Notes under the pieces: generated by a model | What the model saw: only the letters and a program-made list of their open reading frames with translations | Told to the model about the DNA's origin: nothing | Databases searched by the model: none | Translations under genes and position numbers: made by a program | DNA from: a virus | Taxonomy: Duplodnaviria > Caudoviricetes | Length of the DNA: 64,000 nt | Reading direction: 5' to 3' (one strand) | Virus record (IMG/VR): IMGVR_UViG_3300025872_000056 | Coordinates: 13-64,012 of that record | In this document: positions 30,566 through 38,498 of the stretch, in pieces | Layout: each line of letters starts with the position of its first letter | Position numbering within the stretch: position 1 is the stretch's first letter

Positions 30566-32752
30566 TTAATATGTTGGTTGTGGAGGCCAATTACTATTAT
30601 TCCCATAAGAATTATCATATCCCCAAGTATTTGATGCAAATGTTATAAATCTTTCTGCAATTAATTTCATACCTGTATACCCCCAATGGTATATGTCATT
30701 GTTTTCTAATTGTGCATCAGAAGTTTTTATCCAATAAGTTGGTCTTGGGATTATTGCTTCTATATCTGGGTTTCTATAGAAAGAAGTTATTTCTTGTAAA
30801 ACAGTATTATATAGACTTATATTTTCACCATATGAAGTCTGATCACCCCCATCATTTAATAAAGTAAATATTTTAACGCTATTTCTATAAAGATAATCCA
30901 AATTTTCTATCAAAGAACCAATATTTGTTCTAAAAGTTCCATCATCAACCCCCTCAATAGCATCATTCACACCAATCGATATGAATACATAAGTTTGTGG
31001 GGTCCTTCCAAATTTAGAAATCATGTCTTCAGATGCGATATCATAAGTATTGAACAATCTTGTTAAAGGTCTAAAGGGACCTTGTAATTTTGCAGAACCT
31101 GAAGTTAATCCTTTTTGCCCAATTTTAATTATATGAATATCTTTATTTCCAAATAAATTTACCATTTCTTTTGTTTTTGCTATTCCTAATTCAATTCCAT
31201 GTGGTGGTCCAGTTTGACCTTCAAATTCCCAGAATTTGTCAGTAACATTAGTTACTCCGGGAATTCCAAGAATATTATTTCCAGTTGAACCTATGTTTAG
31301 ATTTTCAAAAAATCCTAAATCATTATTAAATATTTTTATATTAGATTTTATACCAAGTTCAGATTGTAATGCTTGATAATTTTTTGCCAATCCAACTGCG
31401 TTTTCATCTCCATATATAATTACTAAAGGATGATGATTTGGATCTGATTTAAATGAAATTGAATTTGGGGCCAGTGCTGCACTATATCCATTATTATTAT
31501 AAGAAACAACAATATAAGAATAAGTTACTCCACTTAATAGTCCAGAAATATTAAATGTTGTATTTCCCACCAAATTTGAATTTTCTGAAATAGTAGTATT
31601 ATATAAAGAATATGTTTCCCCGTTTTGATATATGGTTTCTGGGTATGGAGGTGGATCCAAATAATTTACTAAAGAGATTTCATACGAAGAGACATCAAAG
31701 ATATATTCTTTTAATGCATCAAAAAATTGTCTTTCTTTTTGACTAGCAAGTGGACTGGACCATAAAGGGTCTCGTATTCCTTCACCTCCATAAAGTAAGG
31801 CAACGAAACAAGTCTCATTCAGGTGAGGTACATAACATAAGAGAGGTGTTCCGCTATCCCCCGCCCAAATTCCCACATTTGGATTTCTTATTGTTTGTTG
31901 TGTATTTGTAATTAAACCTTGATATGCAGCATTTGGTTTAATATTATGATCAAAATAATGAACTGGAGCATTGTGATTTTTTGTTACAACTACTATTCCT
32001 TGAGGGGTGAGACGGAATAAAGGAACATCATCTGGTATTCCATAAGTATTTAAAAATTTATATGGTTTTACATATTGTAATTCTTGATTTGTAAAAGCTT
32101 GATCCAATTCAAGTAAAGCCCAATCTTTTCCAAAATCATTAGGCCAATTATAGTTTGCAGGATATGTCGATCTATTATTAAAATTTATAACTGTAGTTGC
32201 TGTTTTTGAATAAGTTACATTATTTGTTCCGAGAAAATAAAAAGTTCCACTTATTGGATAACCGATAAAATGCTTTGTGCAAATTAAATGTTTTGGACTT
32301 ATTAAAATAAAAGCAGGAATTGCATTATTCCAATAATTAAAATCAGATGCTATTGTAAAATTACCAGAAGGACATCCCGGATAATAACATTGTTTTGTGC
32401 TATTTGTTACATAATTTTCAGTATAAGACTGACCCCACCAAAAATTTTTATCTACAGCAGTTGGATAATAGACGACATCATTTACAATTTTTACGCCAGA
32501 ACTATTTACACCAGCTTGTCCAGCAAATGTATCAAAACTGTATGTTGGTGCTCCTCTTCCCCTTAAAGATATGCCAGAAAAGTTTACAGAAAATGTAAAT
32601 CCATAAGAAGGATCATTGATGTATAAATTTGGATTAAGTCCACTAACTCCAACTTGTACATTGTTTGCATAATTAGTAGGATCTATTATTGCAGTTCCTG
32701 TATATGTGTACAAAGAATGTAAATTTGAATTAAGATTTACTATAAATGCCAT
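30566..32752 (-). CDS. multidomain protein: trypsin-like protease + half FN3 + SGNH/SASA-like domain
   Basis: ISPKHLICTKHF, DWALLEL, AGDSGTP; ISGLLSGVTYSYIVVSYN; GDENA..GIELG..GVNDA..DIYHW. Confidence 0.7.
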   Translation of the reverse strand: MAFIVNLNSNLHSLYTYTGTAIIDPTNYANNVQVGVSGLNPNLYINDPSYGFTFSVNFSGISLRGRGAPTYSFDTFAGQAGVNSSGVKIVNDVVYYPTAVDKNFWWGQSYTENYVTNSTKQCYYPGCPSGNFTIASDFNYWNNAIPAFILISPKHLICTKHFIGYPISGTFYFLGTNNVTYSKTATTVINFNNRSTYPANYNWPNDFGKDWALLELDQAFTNQELQYVKPYKFLNTYGIPDDVPLFRLTPQGIVVVTKNHNAPVHYFDHNIKPNAAYQGLITNTQQTIRNPNVGIWAGDSGTPLLCYVPHLNETCFVALLYGGEGIRDPLWSSPLASQKERQFFDALKEYIFDVSSYEISLVNYLDPPPYPETIYQNGETYSLYNTTISENSNLVGNTTFNISGLLSGVTYSYIVVSYNNNGYSAALAPNSISFKSDPNHHPLVIIYGDENAVGLAKNYQALQSELGIKSNIKIFNNDLGFFENLNIGSTGNNILGIPGVTNVTDKFWEFEGQTGPPHGIELGIAKTKEMVNLFGNKDIHIIKIGQKGLTSGSAKLQGPFRPLTRLFNTYDIASEDMISKFGRTPQTYVFISIGVNDAIEGVDDGTFRTNIGSLIENLDYLYRNSVKIFTLLNDGGDQTSYGENISLYNTVLQEITSFYRNPDIEAIIPRPTYWIKTSDAQLENNDIYHWGYTGMKLIAERFITFASNTWGYDNSYGNNSNWPPQPTY

Positions 32753-32763
32753 AGTTAACTTTC

Positions 32764-33093
32764 TTAAAATTTTATATTATAAAAAATTTTGAATCCTGTT
32801 TCTGTTTGAGAATTATCATACCAAAACAGAGTGGCACCTAAAGGCGACGACGATGCTGTTAATCCGCTTGGCATCAAAGAATAAGGTTCTTCAAAACCAT
32901 CTATATAAACAGAAATCATGTTACTTTGACCGGAAAAACCTATTTCATTATAAGATGTAGTAATAAAATAATAAGTTGCCCCAGTTGGGGTTGAAGGAAA
33001 AAATCCATTTAAAGTAGAACCAGTTCCAGATTTTGCAGGAAATGCGGATGCTAAACTAAAAGTAACACCGTTAAATAGGTATTGTTCTGGCAT
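32764..33093 (-). CDS. circularly permuted FN3 protein (C-half then N-half)
   Basis: GATYYFITTSYNEIGFS precedes PSGLTA..LFWYDNSQTETGFKIFY. Confidence 0.7.
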   Translation of the reverse strand: MPEQYLFNGVTFSLASAFPAKSGTGSTLNGFFPSTPTGATYYFITTSYNEIGFSGQSNMISVYIDGFEEPYSLMPSGLTASSSPLGATLFWYDNSQTETGFKIFYNIKF

Positions 33094-33126
33094 GATACAA
33101 TACTATTTATGGCTAGCATAAAATAC

Positions 33127-33209
33127 TGCGAGCAGAGGGATTCGAACCCCCGTAGGCATAGGCCAGCAGATTTACAGTCTGCCCTCGTTGACCTCTTGAG
33201 TATACTCGC
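33127..33209 (-). tRNA. tRNA-Tyr(GTA)
   Basis: Cloverleaf, GCAGA-CTGTAAA-TCTGC, long variable arm. Confidence 0.92.
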
Positions 33210-33212
33210 CAA

Positions 33213-33285
33213 CTCCTTGGACTGGAATCGAACCAGTGACATGAAAGTTAACAGCTTTCCGCTCTACCTACTGAGCTACCAAGGA
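33213..33285 (-). tRNA. tRNA-Asn(GTT)
   Basis: Cloverleaf, GAAAG-CTGTTAA-CTTTC. Confidence 0.92.
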
Positions 33286-33898
33286 ATACCAGTTTCCATT
33301 ATGTTCAATAACATCATAATAATTGGATTCTAATATTTGTCTAATTTTATTATTTAAGTCAAAATTTTGTATGGTTAATACTATAGTCTGAATTTTAATT
33401 TTATTTTCAATAATATAATTTACAAAATTTAATGGACTTTCACCATCTCCCAAAACTTCTCCTATGATTACATAATCATATTGTCTATAACCAAGACCGT
33501 TTACTGCGGCATTTAAGTTAATAGCCCAACCAGCATACCATTCTTTATGACGACAGAACTCACTGTAATTTTGCCAGTGTACTGTATTATTATCTACAAA
33601 TAATGTATTTGGTTTATCCGACACGGACTTTTACTTTTCCGTAATTGTCTTTCTCGGGATCCATAAATTCAACAGAAATAATTTTTCTATTATCAGGAAT
33701 GTCGCTTACTCTTGCTGGATCGCCAGCTTGAATAAAAGGACCACCTTCAAAATCGGCCATAGTCCCATCAGTAGTTCCTCTCATATAAAGAGATTCACCC
33801 TCTACAATATAAGTCTTAGTATCAACCTTTCGGATGATTCTTTCGACATTGTATCGACTGATTGATCTTGCGATTATTGGAGCTTCTTCTTTGAACAT
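33268..33898 (-). CDS. two hypothetical genes (33268-33624, 33614-33898)
   Basis: Coupled ORFs; the first ends inside tRNA-Asn. Confidence 0.55.
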
Positions 33899-34029
33899 TA
33901 TTATCCTTATTAAAAATTAGATCCCAATTTTTGGACCATGCCGCATAATTAACTGGGCGATAGGAATCGCCCTTTCCAGCGCCTGTTCCTTTGTGCATAT
34001 TATACCAAACTAAGAATTAAAAGCAACTA

Positions 34030-34266
34030 TTAATTGACTTCAAATGCCGAAACACCAGCAGTATTACTAGTCCATTTGCTAGTGTATATTGGAAAAAAAT
34101 AAGTAGTGCTAGCAGGAACATTTATTGAGACTTGTTGTTCCCCACCTGTAGGATTCATACAAAAACAAGTAATTCCTGCGGTTCCAGTCGCCGTAAATAA
34201 AACTCCTTTATTCATGGGCGAAACTGTATTTTGTGGTAAAGCATTTGTTCTTTTAAAGTTTAGCAT
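34030..34266 (-). CDS. small beta-rich late protein
   Basis: CCTAAATA upstream on minus strand. Confidence 0.55.
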   Translation of the reverse strand: MLNFKRTNALPQNTVSPMNKGVLFTATGTAGITCFCMNPTGGEQQVSINVPASTTYFFPIYTSKWTSNTAGVSAFEVN

Positions 34267-34297
34267 AATTATTCCTGAATTTTAAATATTTAGGTAT

Positions 34298-34305
34298 TAT
34301 AAATA
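34298..34305 (+). promoter_or_regulatory. T4-type late promoter TATAAATA
   Basis: Exact motif before 34314. Confidence 0.65.
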
Positions 34306-34313
34306 ATTTCACT

Positions 34314-34658
34314 ATGGACCCATTTATTCTACAATACAAACAGCGTATTCAGGAACTAACCGAACAGCTCGCAGAACTCAATGAAACTCTAGAAATTTAT
34401 GATGAAATTTTTGAGTATGTTGAGCCTGCATTCGATCAATTCTTGACAGAAAATACAGAAGAACTTTCTGAAGCCAAGAAAGAAGAAGATAAAAAAGATA
34501 AAAAATTACCACCTTTTATGAAGAAAAAGGCTGGCAATAAAATGAATGACAAAAAACTAAAAGAAAAAGAAAAGAAGGGCGGGAATGCTGGTAAAAAAGC
34601 AAAAATCGCCCGTCTTTTGAGAAAGAAAAAAGAAGAAGAAGAAAAGAAAAAGAAGTAA
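34314..34658 (+). CDS. late protein with acidic N-half and Lys-rich C-half
   Basis: Charge switch at LSE/AKK. Confidence 0.6.
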   Translation: MDPFILQYKQRIQELTEQLAELNETLEIYDEIFEYVEPAFDQFLTENTEELSEAKKEEDKKDKKLPPFMKKKAGNKMNDKKLKEKEKKGGNAGKKAKIARLLRKKKEEEEKKKK

Positions 34659-34868
34659 TTAAGAAATTTGCCGAACAGCTCTGCTCAAGGCAGAGGCTAC
34701 CCTGGCAAGATCGTCTTTAGTTCCCGTAATGAATACTGCATTTCGACCTTCTCCCTCAAGGAGGAGGTCGAACATGTTTTTATGCTCTTCAGACTTTGCG
34801 ATTGAGGTTACAAAAACTTCTCCGAGAGTAGTGTGCGTAGCGTTGCAGATGTTAAATGTTTTATTCAT
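34659..34868 (-). CDS. hypothetical protein
   Basis: GGAG RBS. Confidence 0.55.
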   Translation of the reverse strand: MNKTFNICNATHTTLGEVFVTSIAKSEEHKNMFDLLLEGEGRNAVFITGTKDDLARVASALSRAVRQIS

Positions 34869-34883
34869 ATAAATTTCTCCGAA

Positions 34884-34955
34884 TGCGGGTTAGGAGAATC
34901 GAACTCCTCTTTCCTGCTTGGAAGGCAGGAGTAATGGCCAATATACGAAACCCGC
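34884..34955 (-). tRNA. tRNA-Gly(TCC)
   Basis: Cloverleaf, CCTGC-CTTCCAA-GCAGG. Confidence 0.92.
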
Positions 34956-35029
34956 TTTATTTGGTATAATAATCCTTATAGGAATCAATAAGTATTGTAA
35001 AAAATAATCCAACGTTTAAAATTATTGAC

Positions 35030-35269
35030 TTAAATTTGCTCTTTAGAGTTTTCATGTGTTTTCCAAGCCTTTGATTCCCAAAATTTTGTCAAAGGAAGAT
35101 CATAGAACAAAGAACAATTATGCCAAATGCAATGTTTACCCTTAAGAACTGTAACACACCAATTTTTTTCTCCGGGAACAAGAGTTATGGTAACTTTGTA
35201 ACCGTGCTTTTCGACAGCCTGTTTAAATTCTTGATATTCTGCAGGAATTTTGGTTTTCTTGCGAGGCAT
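35030..35269 (-). CDS. hypothetical protein
   Basis: ATG 6 nt after TATAAT. Confidence 0.55.
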   Translation of the reverse strand: MPRKKTKIPAEYQEFKQAVEKHGYKVTITLVPGEKNWCVTVLKGKHCIWHNCSLFYDLPLTKFWESKAWKTHENSKEQI

Positions 35270-35306
35270 ATGCATATTATATCATAAAAATTGCCTTAGT
35301 CAAGTA

Positions 35307-35314
35307 TATAAATA
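35307..35314 (+). promoter_or_regulatory. T4-type late promoter TATAAATA
   Basis: Exact motif, followed by GAGGA RBS. Confidence 0.65.
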
Positions 35315-35332
35315 TATTACTGAGGACTATAA

Positions 35333-37420
35333 ATGGATTTTATTACCAGATACTATAAAACTTTGTCTGAAAATCTTCAAGCAAAAAAAGAAAATTTATT
35401 ACTTGAAGTTAGAAGAAGACAAGCAGGAACTCCGGTTGCCACTGCAAGTCAATTTTTAAATCCAGGAATGTTTCCACAAATACCTCAACAGGCTGTTCCA
35501 ATTTCACAGCAAACAACAACAGTTCCGACTCCGTTGAATCCCGCAAGACTTCCTGGAATGGGATGGGCTAAACTGTCTCCTCAACAAAATTTTAGTCCAA
35601 TGCCTCAGCAAACAACAGCAGTTCCTGGTGTTAATACTTTTGGCCCACCATCTCCTGCAGTTCCTGGTGTTAATACTTTTGGCCCACCATCTCCTGCAGT
35701 TCCTGGTGTTAATACTTTTGGCCCACCATCTCCTGCAGTTCCTGGTGTTGATACATTCGGACCTCCTTCGCCAGCAGTTCCTGGTGTTGATACATTCGGA
35801 CCTTTTTCGCCAGCAGTTCCTGGTGTTGATACATTCGGACCTCCTTCGCCAACAGGTCAAGTTACTCCGGTTGTTCCACTAGCTCAAACACCATCTTCTT
35901 CTTTAAGCAATATTCCTGGTATGGGATGGGTTCCACAACCCACTGTCAGTCCACAACCTTCATGGGTTTCACCTTCTTCTCCACCATCATCAGCCGCTCC
36001 AACAACAGCCCCTGCCCCAGCTCCATTTGCAGGACGTGGTCCAATGATGAGCAAAAAAGATCAAGCTTCCTATGATAAAATGGTTGGTGATATGATGAAA
36101 GCAAGAGGAATGCCAGTTCCCATGTTAAGAACAGGTAAAGGTGGAAATTACCAAGAATGGAGATCTGCAGTAGATGCAAGAAATGCTGCAATGCGTGATG
36201 CAAATATAGCAATCACACTAAGACAAAATCAGCTCAGAGATCAACAAACTCTTGCTAGACAAAATAGAGATGCAGCAAAAGCAGCTGGTGATGATGCTGC
36301 AGTAGCTCGTTATCAGCAAGAACTCAATGATATTAACAGATCTAGAGGAAATCTCAATAAAGATACGGGAAGGTATTCTCTCGGTTCTGATACAACATCA
36401 CAGGGAAGAATTGCAAACGACCAATTGCAGGCATCTTGGAAGAAAAAGCAAGAAGATTTCAAGGCTCGCACCGGAATGGATTATGACCCTTCAAATCCAC
36501 AGCATACAAGAGTTATGCAGAACCCCAACATGAGTCCTGAAGCAATGCAAACTGCTTTGAGTGTTGGTCAATTTAATAAAAATTATGCAACTCAAAATGC
36601 GGATCAAGCAAAAAGAATGGGCGAAACAGAAAGAAATATAGATCAATTAACATATGAAACCGAAAGAGCAAAAAATGATCCAGCATTTAGAAAAGAAATA
36701 AATGCAAGAGATGCTGAAAAGGCAAAACAAGATATGTACGCTGCTGCTGGAGGAAAGGAAGCATGGGAAGCTAGAGAAAATGCTGCACGGGATGGTCAGG
36801 TTAAAATCGTAACAGATATTATAGATGCTAAAAAAGCAGAATCAGATGAAATGAATAGAAAGGCAAGAGAAATAGGCGGGATGATGACCAAGGCAGAATT
36901 TGAAGCTTCTCCAGCAGGACAACAGGCAGAATTAGATAGATTGCGAAATCTAAGTGGTGTTCCTCAAATGCAGGCAAAAAGGGCAGCAGAACAAAGAGAA
37001 AAAGATAAAGAAACATTGGCTACAAATTATCCCGCGTTAAACATGGTTGGGGATGCAATAAGGCAAACTAAAAATCTTCCAACCACTCAACCAGAACAAT
37101 CACAACAAACTCCTGCTGAAACATTACCAGAGCCATCAGTAAATATGACTGGCAACAATATTTCACGCGCTAGAGCAAACAGTGCAAATACAACACCAAT
37201 TCAAAGAGCTACTGTTACTCCTCCTGCTCCCGGGGCAATTCCACCAGCTGGAAGACCAACACCGGCAGCACAGCCAACTGCGCCAATGAGTACTGGAGGA
37301 ATGAACACTCCTGCTGACATAAATGATCCACAGGCAAATGCAAGAAGACCTAGAGGAAGAGTTGTAACCGCAGCAGCTAGAAGCATGGGACCTAACAGCT
37401 CTGCTCCCCGTTTATCTTAA
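35333..37420 (+). CDS. Pro/Gln/Ala-rich late protein, possible internal head protein
   Basis: 695-aa ORF after late promoter; disordered and helical regions. Confidence 0.6.
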   Translation: MDFITRYYKTLSENLQAKKENLLLEVRRRQAGTPVATASQFLNPGMFPQIPQQAVPISQQTTTVPTPLNPARLPGMGWAKLSPQQNFSPMPQQTTAVPGVNTFGPPSPAVPGVNTFGPPSPAVPGVNTFGPPSPAVPGVDTFGPPSPAVPGVDTFGPFSPAVPGVDTFGPPSPTGQVTPVVPLAQTPSSSLSNIPGMGWVPQPTVSPQPSWVSPSSPPSSAAPTTAPAPAPFAGRGPMMSKKDQASYDKMVGDMMKARGMPVPMLRTGKGGNYQEWRSAVDARNAAMRDANIAITLRQNQLRDQQTLARQNRDAAKAAGDDAAVARYQQELNDINRSRGNLNKDTGRYSLGSDTTSQGRIANDQLQASWKKKQEDFKARTGMDYDPSNPQHTRVMQNPNMSPEAMQTALSVGQFNKNYATQNADQAKRMGETERNIDQLTYETERAKNDPAFRKEINARDAEKAKQDMYAAAGGKEAWEARENAARDGQVKIVTDIIDAKKAESDEMNRKAREIGGMMTKAEFEASPAGQQAELDRLRNLSGVPQMQAKRAAEQREKDKETLATNYPALNMVGDAIRQTKNLPTTQPEQSQQTPAETLPEPSVNMTGNNISRARANSANTTPIQRATVTPPAPGAIPPAGRPTPAAQPTAPMSTGGMNTPADINDPQANARRPRGRVVTAAARSMGPNSSAPRLS
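35618..35851 (+). repeat. 6 x 39-bp in-frame tandem repeat (AVPGV[N/D]TFGPPSP)
   Basis: Three copies of one DNA variant then three of another. Confidence 0.95.
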
Positions 37421-37610
37421 TATATTTTTTTGAAGAAGCTTTTTCTGAAGAAAAGTATTCATCAAAAATTTTCTTTAATTCTTCTTTTCTTTTGTCCATT
37501 TTATTGTATTCTTTCGAAGAGTCTTTTCCATCAGTTTCATATCTCCCCAATTTATATGAAACATGGGCAAATTCGTAAATTAGTTCTTCAAGATCAAAAT
37601 TATTTTTCAT
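37392..37610 (-). CDS. hypothetical protein
   Basis: ATG 6 nt after TATAAT. Confidence 0.5.
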   Translation of the reverse strand: MKNNFDLEELIYEFAHVSYKLGRYETDGKDSSKEYNKMDKRKEELKKIFDEYFSSEKASSKKYIKINGEQSC

Positions 37611-37660
37611 ATTGTTATTATACCATTCCTGTACGATTTTGAGAAGGGATAAATATCTCT

Positions 37661-38497
37661 ATGGGCCGTCATATAAATGAAAATTTCTTAAATAAATTTC
37701 TTGGAAAGAATCTTCTTACCGAAGATCAAAAGCGTGCTGTTGCCCTAAAAAATAGAAAATCAAATTATTTAAAAAATTATTATAAAAATCTTGAAGAAAA
37801 AAATTCTGGAAAACTTTCTAAAAATATTAATGAAGATGTAACTACAAGCATTAAAAAGATTTTCTATCGCACCAAAGATCAATTAAATGAATCCAGATCT
37901 GGAATGCAAAATCTAATTCCATACTATACACCATATGGAATTATTTTCTTCAATAAAGATACTCAGGAATGGACAAATACATTTGGTCAAGTAGTAGACC
38001 CAATGGACTTCATGAATGATTTTTCTCATGATGACAGTTCCTCATCTGGAGATGGCGAAACCAGTCAAAACATAATAGTTCCACCACTTCCACCAGAATT
38101 ATATCCAAATCCCCCAAAAGATTTACAAGTTGTATCTTTCAATAATACAGGAGCAACTTTATCGTGGATCGATGATTCTATAAACGAGGAAGGATTTAAA
38201 CTTTTCTATTATCGGGCAAGGCCGGGGGATTATCTTCCAGATTCTTTACCACAGAATATTAATTCTTTTGTTACTGTAGGATCTTCAGATACCGATGTAT
38301 CACTACAATTTATAGATGAAAATTTATCCGAAACAGGATTTAGAATTTATTATAGAGAATATATAGATGGTTTAACTTCTCCAGCTCCACCAGTTTCATT
38401 TTCAGCAGAAAGAATTAATACAAACACAATACAATTAAATTGGATAGATACTGCAACAGATGAAGATGGGTTTAAAGTTTTTTATTCAGAGCCTTAA
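37661..38497 (+). CDS. hub protein with three tandem N-half FN3 modules
   Basis: LSWIDDSINEEGFKLFY, LQFIDENLSETGFRIYY, LNWIDTATDEDGFKVFY with no C-halves; GATAAATA upstream. Confidence 0.75.
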   Translation: MGRHINENFLNKFLGKNLLTEDQKRAVALKNRKSNYLKNYYKNLEEKNSGKLSKNINEDVTTSIKKIFYRTKDQLNESRSGMQNLIPYYTPYGIIFFNKDTQEWTNTFGQVVDPMDFMNDFSHDDSSSSGDGETSQNIIVPPLPPELYPNPPKDLQVVSFNNTGATLSWIDDSINEEGFKLFYYRARPGDYLPDSLPQNINSFVTVGSSDTDVSLQFIDENLSETGFRIYYREYIDGLTSPAPPVSFSAERINTNTIQLNWIDTATDEDGFKVFYSEP

Positions 38498-38498
38498 T

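Noticed and set aside
35618-35851. Possible CRISPR array
   Set aside because: No unique spacers; 39-bp unit is in frame within a CDS
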